A DNA stretch of 32,000 bases, from assembly GCA_000008885.1 (NCBI GenBank), contig BA000021.3, forward strand, positions 630,001 to 662,000, read 5' to 3'. Origin of the DNA: Wigglesworthia glossinidia endosymbiont of Glossina brevipalpis (lineage in GTDB: Bacteria; Pseudomonadota; Gammaproteobacteria; Enterobacterales; Enterobacteriaceae). Shown here in pieces: positions 27,528 through 32,000 of the stretch; position 1 is the stretch's first letter, and each line of letters begins with the position of its first letter. The translations under genes were made by a program, and so were the position numbers. The notes below the pieces were generated by a model. The model made no database searches. It was not told where the DNA came from and saw nothing but the letters and a program-made list of their open reading frames with translations.

Positions 27528-27543
27528 ATAATGTTTGTGATAA

Positions 27544-27572
27544 ATTATGCTTTGTGGAATTATAATAGTCAA
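27544..27572 (-). promoter_or_regulatory. Candidate sigma70 promoter of the Met-Leu-Gln tRNA cluster
   Basis: On the minus strand: TTGACT (27572-27567), a 17-nt spacer, then CATAAT (27549-27544). The -10 element ends 16 nt upstream of the tRNA-Met 5' end. -10-like hexamers are common in this AT-rich DNA, but a TTGACT -35 at exact spacing is less so. Confidence 0.4.
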
Positions 27573-27617
27573 TTATTTTTTTTATTTATGTAATATATTT
27601 AATTAGTAAAAATAAAT

Positions 27618-29255
27618 TTAATTTTTAGAAATATGTATGTCTAAAGATCTTCCAGATGGATCAAAATTTAAATTTCTATATTTACTCCATTTTGAAGCTA
27701 TTTCTGAAGAACATGCAATTGATTTTTCTTGAGGAACACATTCTGCTGCACTGGGCAATGGAAAAAAATTTTCAAAAATCTCTCTATATAAATATTCTTC
27801 TTTAGATAAAGGAGTATTGTAAGGAAATTTATGAATAGCATTATTAAATTTTTTATCACTTATTATTTTTTTAGAAAAATTTTTTATACTATCAATCCAT
27901 TTATATCCTACTCCATCAGAAAACTGTTCTTTTTGTCTCCATAAAATATTATTTGGCAAATAATTTATAAAAGATTTTCTTAAAATATACTTTTCTATTC
28001 TATTTTTATTACACATTTTGTGTTTTGGATTTATCCTCATTGCAACATCTAAAAATTTTTTATCTAAAAAAGGAAAACGAGCTTCTATTCCAAATGCTAG
28101 CATTGATTTATTAGCTCTAGCACAGTCATAAATGTGTAAAGATTTTAACTTTCTAACTAATTCATCGTGTAAATCTTTTTCACTTGGAGCATTGTGAAAA
28201 TATAAATATCCTCCAAAAATTTCATCTGCTCCTTCTCCAGATAGAATCATTTTAATACCGCTAGATTTGATTTTTTGTGATATTAAATACATTGGAATAG
28301 AAGCTCTTATAGTAGTAATATCGTAAGTTTCTACATAATAAATCACTTTTTTTATAACATCTAATCCATCTTGTTCTGTGAATTTTACTTCGCAATGATC
28401 TGTATTTAAATATCTAGCGCATATCCTAGAAGAATGTAAATCTGGAGAATTTTCTAATCCAATAGAAAAAGATTTCAATTTTTTATTTAAATTTTTATAA
28501 TTCAATTCTTTTGATGCTATTGATGCAATTATAGAAGAGTCTAATCCTCCAGATAATAGAATACCAAAAGGTACTTCTGATTTTAAATGATTTAAAACTG
28601 ATTTTTTTAATGAATGTTTTATTTTTTTATAACTTAATAAACAATTTTTTATTGAATCAAATTCAAACCAATTTCTTTTATAATATTTAATAATTTTTTT
28701 ATTTAAATTACATAAATAACTTCCTATAGGAAATTCTTTTATATAATTACATACAGGAATCAACGCTTTCATTTCCGATGAAATGTATAAATTATTATCG
28801 CAATCATATCCCATGTATAAAGGAATCATTCCGATATGATCTCTGCCTATTAAATAAATTTTTTTTTCTATATCATATAATATGAAAGCAAACATTCCAT
28901 TTAATTTGTTTAAAAAATTTAATCCAAATTTTTTATATAAAGCTAAAACAACTTCGTTGTCAGAATTAGTATTGAAACTATAATCATGAATTAAATTTTT
29001 TTTTATTTCTTCGTAGTTATATATTTCTCCATTCATAATTAGAACATTTGTTTTGCTGTTATTAAATAATGGTTGATTTCCACTTTTAACATCAATAATA
29101 GATAATCTCTCATGAACTAAAATTACATCTTCATCACAATAAATTCCATTGGAATCTGGACCTCTATGTTTCATTAAATTAGAACATTTTAATGCTTTCT
29201 TTCTTAAAGAAATTGAATTATTTTTAATATTCAAAATACCAAATATAGAACACAT
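27618..29255 (-). CDS. asnB: Asparagine synthetase B (glutamine-hydrolysing)
   Basis: 545 aa (E. coli 554). MCSIFGI......LRKKAL..S.LM.HRGPD..GIY......L.HERLSI.DV..G.QPL.N...T.VL..NGEIYN...GMFAF.LYD.EK..YLIGRD..G.IPLYMGYD......SSEMKAL.PVC..IKEFP.GSYL...SGGLDSSII....SGEG.DE.FGGYLYFH.AP...RQKEQFSDGVGY.WID. The N-terminal Cys2 nucleophile is present. Confidence 0.97.
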   Translation of the reverse strand: MCSIFGILNIKNNSISLRKKALKCSNLMKHRGPDSNGIYCDEDVILVHERLSIIDVKSGNQPLFNNSKTNVLIMNGEIYNYEEIKKNLIHDYSFNTNSDNEVVLALYKKFGLNFLNKLNGMFAFILYDIEKKIYLIGRDHIGMIPLYMGYDCDNNLYISSEMKALIPVCNYIKEFPIGSYLCNLNKKIIKYYKRNWFEFDSIKNCLLSYKKIKHSLKKSVLNHLKSEVPFGILLSGGLDSSIIASIASKELNYKNLNKKLKSFSIGLENSPDLHSSRICARYLNTDHCEVKFTEQDGLDVIKKVIYYVETYDITTIRASIPMYLISQKIKSSGIKMILSGEGADEIFGGYLYFHNAPSEKDLHDELVRKLKSLHIYDCARANKSMLAFGIEARFPFLDKKFLDVAMRINPKHKMCNKNRIEKYILRKSFINYLPNNILWRQKEQFSDGVGYKWIDSIKNFSKKIISDKKFNNAIHKFPYNTPLSKEEYLYREIFENFFPLPSAAECVPQEKSIACSSEIASKWSKYRNLNFDPSGRSLDIHISKN

Positions 29256-29400
29256 GTTTCCTCTATGTATTATTTAAAATAATAATTTTATAATAATTAT
29301 ATAACTTTATTAAAGTTTATTTAAATTTTTATAAATTTAAAAAACTTTAATATAAATAAAAAATATTTATTGTTATTTATATTTTATTTATTAAATAGAT

Positions 29401-29997
29401 TTAAAATATATTTATATATAAATCTTTAACAAAGATATAAACTTTTTTTAAATTAATTTTTATAAATTGAATATCAATAAGATCTGCAACAAATATTAAG
29501 TCGTCGAATGGATATAGAACAGAAAAAGCAAAAACAAGATAACAAAATGTTCTTTCTCTTTTTATATTATTAGAAGGCAATATTGGTAAACATATTTTAA
29601 ATTTAAAAGGCCAAAATAAAGGAACTCCGAATGGAGTAAAAAAATCTGCTAGTATATGACTAAAATAACCAACTAGTAATGAATAAGAAAAATCTAAGGG
29701 AAATACATAATTAGTATTAAAAATATTAGAAAATATTATTACATATAATAAAAATAATGATAATAAACTATGAGTAAACCCTCTATGTCCAAATGTTTTT
29801 GAAATTGGTATTGAAATCCAATTAAGTTTTTTTCCTAAAAATGATCCAGGATGGTCCATATCTGGAAGTAAACATGAACATATACTTCCAGTTATTATAT
29901 GACCCCATTTACCTAAATACAAAGCATTGAAAATTTCTATTTTTTTTAAAAAAATAGCAACTGATAATCCAAATATTAAATGTCCTTTAGATGTCAT
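29401..29997 (-). CDS. ydjM: YdjM-family inner-membrane metal-dependent hydrolase
   Basis: 198 aa (E. coli YdjM 196). MTSKGHLIFGLS.A.F.K..EI.......G.W.HI...SI.SCLLPDMDHPGSFLGKKLNWIS.PI...FGHRGFTHSLL......GYFSHILADFFTPFGVPLFWP.....LPIL aligns along its length with E. coli YdjM (MTAEGHLLFSIACAVFAKNAEI...LLPDIDHPKSFLGQRLKWISKPIARAFGHRGFTHSLL...GYLSHILADMLTPAGVPLLWP). Confidence 0.85.
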   Translation of the reverse strand: MTSKGHLIFGLSVAIFLKKIEIFNALYLGKWGHIITGSICSCLLPDMDHPGSFLGKKLNWISIPISKTFGHRGFTHSLLSLFLLYVIIFSNIFNTNYVFPLDFSYSLLVGYFSHILADFFTPFGVPLFWPFKFKICLPILPSNNIKRERTFCYLVFAFSVLYPFDDLIFVADLIDIQFIKINLKKVYIFVKDLYINIF

Positions 29998-30029
29998 TTA
30001 ATTTTTTAAAAACATAATTTTAATATTTA

Positions 30030-31433
30030 TTACATATAATATAATTCAAACTCTACAGGATGGGGAGTAGATTTTACTATATTTATTTCTTTTTGTTTTA
30101 ATTCTATGTAAGAATCAATGAAGTCATTAGTAAATACATTGTTCTTAGTTAAAAATTCTCTATCTTTATCTAAATGATAAATAGATTCCTCTAAAGAGGA
30201 AGACATTTTATTTAAATTTTTTTCTTTAAATTTGTATAAATTTTTTTCTATAGGATTTCCTGGAAAAATTTTATTATTTATACCATCTATAGACGCCATT
30301 AAAATTGCAGAAAATAACAAATAAGGATTAGAGGAAGAATCTGGAAATCTTATTTCAAATCTACATGATTTATCATCATTAAAAGTTGGAATTCTTATAG
30401 CTGCAGATCTATTATTTAAAGAATAAGACAAAGAAACTGGAGCTTCAAATCCAGGGATTAATCTTTTATAAGAATTAGTGGTGGGATTTGCAAATGCATT
30501 TATAGATTTTGCATGTTTTATTATTCCACCTATAGAGAACAATGCATATTTAGATAGATTTCCATATTCTTTTCCAAAGAATATATTTTTTCCTTCTTTT
30601 TCTATGGAAATATGGCAATGCATTCCTGATCCATTGTCTCCTCTAATTGGTTTAGGCATAAAAGTAGCAGTTTTTTTAAAAAAATAAGCTGTATTATGAA
30701 CTATATATTTATAAATTTGAACTTCATCTGCCTTTTTCGTTAAAGTATTATATTTAGTAGATATTTCGTTTTGACCAGAAGTTGCAACTTCGTGATGATG
30801 AGCTTCTACTTCTATTCCCATTTTTTCCATAAATAGACACATAGAAGATCTTATATTTTGAGAAGAATCAACAGGAGGCACTGGTAAATAACCAGATTTT
30901 ACTGATGGTCTATACCCTTTGTTTCCTTGTGAATAATATTTTCCACTGTTCCAAGATGATTCGATATCATTAATTATTACTTGAGATCCATGTATAGCGG
31001 TATAAAATCTAATATCATCAAACAAAAAAAATTCAAGTTCCGGCCCAAAATACATTTTATCTCCTATTTTTGAATATTGTAAATATTTTTCTGCGTTTTT
31101 TGCTATAGATCTTGGATCTTTGTTATAACTTTCAGATTTATTTGATTCGAAAATATCACATTTTATAATTAAAGTAGAATCATTATAAAATGGATCTAAA
31201 ACGGCCGTTGTTAAATCTGGAATCAATAAAACGTCAGAATTTTGAATTTTTTTCCACCCTAATATTGAAGATCCATCAAATATTTTTCCATTTTTTAAAA
31301 TTTTATTTATTTTTTCTTTTTTTAAAAAAGGTACAGTAATGTGTTGTTCTTTTCCAACCATGTCTGTAAATCTAAAATCAATAAATTTAATATTATTTTT
31401 TTCTATTATATTAATAATTTCATTAATAGACAC
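30030..31433 (-). CDS. glnA: Glutamine synthetase type I (GTG start)
   Basis: 467 aa (E. coli 469). KF.DFRFTD..GKEQH.T.P......FDGSSI.GWK.I..SD..L.PD..TAVLDPF..DSTLII.CDI...DPRSIAK.AE.YL...[14 protein letters not shown]...[13 protein letters not shown]....[38 protein letters not shown]...[28 protein letters not shown]...FE.RFPD...NPYL.F.A.LMA..DGI.NKI.PG....KNLY...[10 protein letters not shown]. The start codon is GTG at 31433-31431, with AGGAG (31444-31440) 6 nt upstream. The adenylylation Tyr context KNLY is retained. Confidence 0.97.
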   Translation of the reverse strand: MSINEIINIIEKNNIKFIDFRFTDMVGKEQHITVPFLKKEKINKILKNGKIFDGSSILGWKKIQNSDVLLIPDLTTAVLDPFYNDSTLIIKCDIFESNKSESYNKDPRSIAKNAEKYLQYSKIGDKMYFGPELEFFLFDDIRFYTAIHGSQVIINDIESSWNSGKYYSQGNKGYRPSVKSGYLPVPPVDSSQNIRSSMCLFMEKMGIEVEAHHHEVATSGQNEISTKYNTLTKKADEVQIYKYIVHNTAYFFKKTATFMPKPIRGDNGSGMHCHISIEKEGKNIFFGKEYGNLSKYALFSIGGIIKHAKSINAFANPTTNSYKRLIPGFEAPVSLSYSLNNRSAAIRIPTFNDDKSCRFEIRFPDSSSNPYLLFSAILMASIDGINNKIFPGNPIEKNLYKFKEKNLNKMSSSLEESIYHLDKDREFLTKNNVFTNDFIDSYIELKQKEINIVKSTPHPVEFELYYM

Positions 31434-31525
31434 TTTTTTCTCCTAAAAAGAAATTTATTAAAATATTTATATCATTAAATATTTTAATTATTAAAACCTT
31501 CTATTAAATATAATTTAAAAATATT

Positions 31526-31987
31526 TTATATCTTAGTAACTATTTTATGATCAAAATCTCTTTCACAATATTTGCATTTTAAATAGATTTTATTTAATTT
31601 TATTTTTACTATAAAGTCTGCTGCTTTTAGTTCTACCTTGCTTATACAATTTTCATTTGGGCATGATAATATTCCGTTTATAATTTTTGGCAATTTTAAT
31701 TTTTGTTTTTTTATTACAATATAATTTTTAATTTGATTTACAGTAGCTAAAGGCGCATATATAGACAACTGATTCGCTTGATCTTCATTAAGAAGAACAT
31801 TTTCTAATTTAATTAGATCTTTTTTTTTCTGCTGGTTAGAAGGTAAATTTAATCCCATTGTAATTCTTTCTTTTGTATGAAGCCATTTAAATAAACTTAG
31901 TAGTTTTAATCCCACTTGAGCAGGAATATGATCAATTACTGTACCGCCAAATATAGCTTCTACTTGTAATTTATTGTATTGAGGCAC
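31526..31987 (-). CDS. pyrI: Aspartate carbamoyltransferase regulatory chain (GTG start)
   Basis: 153 aa, as in E. coli. [27 protein letters not shown]......RIT.GLNLPS......KDLIK.EN..L.EDQ..QL..YAP.ATVN.I.NY.V......LP..I...L.CPN.NCIS...........KCKYCE..F.H. All four Zn-site Cys are present. The start codon is GTG at 31987-31985, bounded upstream by an in-frame TAA at 31996-31994. Confidence 0.93.
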   Translation of the reverse strand: MPQYNKLQVEAIFGGTVIDHIPAQVGLKLLSLFKWLHTKERITMGLNLPSNQQKKKDLIKLENVLLNEDQANQLSIYAPLATVNQIKNYIVIKKQKLKLPKIINGILSCPNENCISKVELKAADFIVKIKLNKIYLKCKYCERDFDHKIVTKI

Positions 31988-32000
31988 TTGTATTTATTGT

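Noticed and set aside
31988-32000. Possible 3' end of pyrB on the minus strand. A TAA at 31996-31994 lies 6 nt upstream of the pyrI GTG.
   Set aside because: Only 13 nt are available and the pyrB frame cannot be determined. The pyrB-pyrI order is expected from E. coli, but it cannot be demonstrated within this window.
1-32000. Search for mobile elements, CRISPR arrays, prophage or defence genes, toxin-antitoxin pairs, DnaA boxes (TTATCCACA), Chi sites, sigma54 promoters, known small RNAs, or any GC-skewed foreign island.
   Set aside because: I found none. Every ORF above about 100 aa has a clear housekeeping orthologue in conserved synteny. No repeated spacer-repeat architecture, terminal inverted repeats or transposase-like ORFs are present. 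Base composition is uniformly AT-rich. I therefore do not claim a novel biological system in this window.

Overview
This window is a very AT-rich stretch (roughly 20-25% GC by eye; intergenic DNA is almost pure A/T) from a strongly reduced gammaproteobacterial obligate-endosymbiont chromosome. The gene content (pckA, hemF, bioH, glnA, asnB, tal/tkt, at this base composition) fits a Wigglesworthia-like insect symbiont best, but that assignment is from memory, not a search. All protein calls rest on my recall of the E. coli orthologues plus the supplied ORF track.

The window is tightly packed housekeeping DNA made of several E. coli synteny blocks:
- 1-9367: distal S10 operon, spc operon and alpha operon (rplP through rplQ, including secY, rpoA and the small genes rpmD and rpmJ, which the ORF track misses).
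- 9483-16162: ndk-rlmN-rodZ-ispG-hisS-yfgM-der, with bamB deleted.
- 16210-17835: pckA, minus strand.
- 18310-21917: aroK-damX-rpe-trpS, with aroB, dam and gph deleted.
- 21914-25925, minus strand: tal-tkt and hemF.
- 26084-27245: bioH and an EmrE-like SMR gene.
- 27287-32000, minus strand: pyrI, glnA, ydjM, asnB and a Met-Leu-Gln tRNA cluster. The asnB/tRNA adjacency matches E. coli asnB/metT-leuW-glnU.

I see no mobile elements, CRISPR arrays, prophage, toxin-antitoxin or defence genes, and no credible novel multi-gene system. The interesting signals are signatures of genome erosion:
- yfgM is frame-split inside an A9-T8-A-T9 homopolymer block.
- Homopolymer runs appear capped at exactly 9 nt.
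- The first GTPase domain of Der is degenerate.
- RodZ is truncated.
- aroK is an orphan gene.
- The tRNA genes lack encoded CCA and carry stem mismatches.
- Six genes use GTG or TTG start codons.
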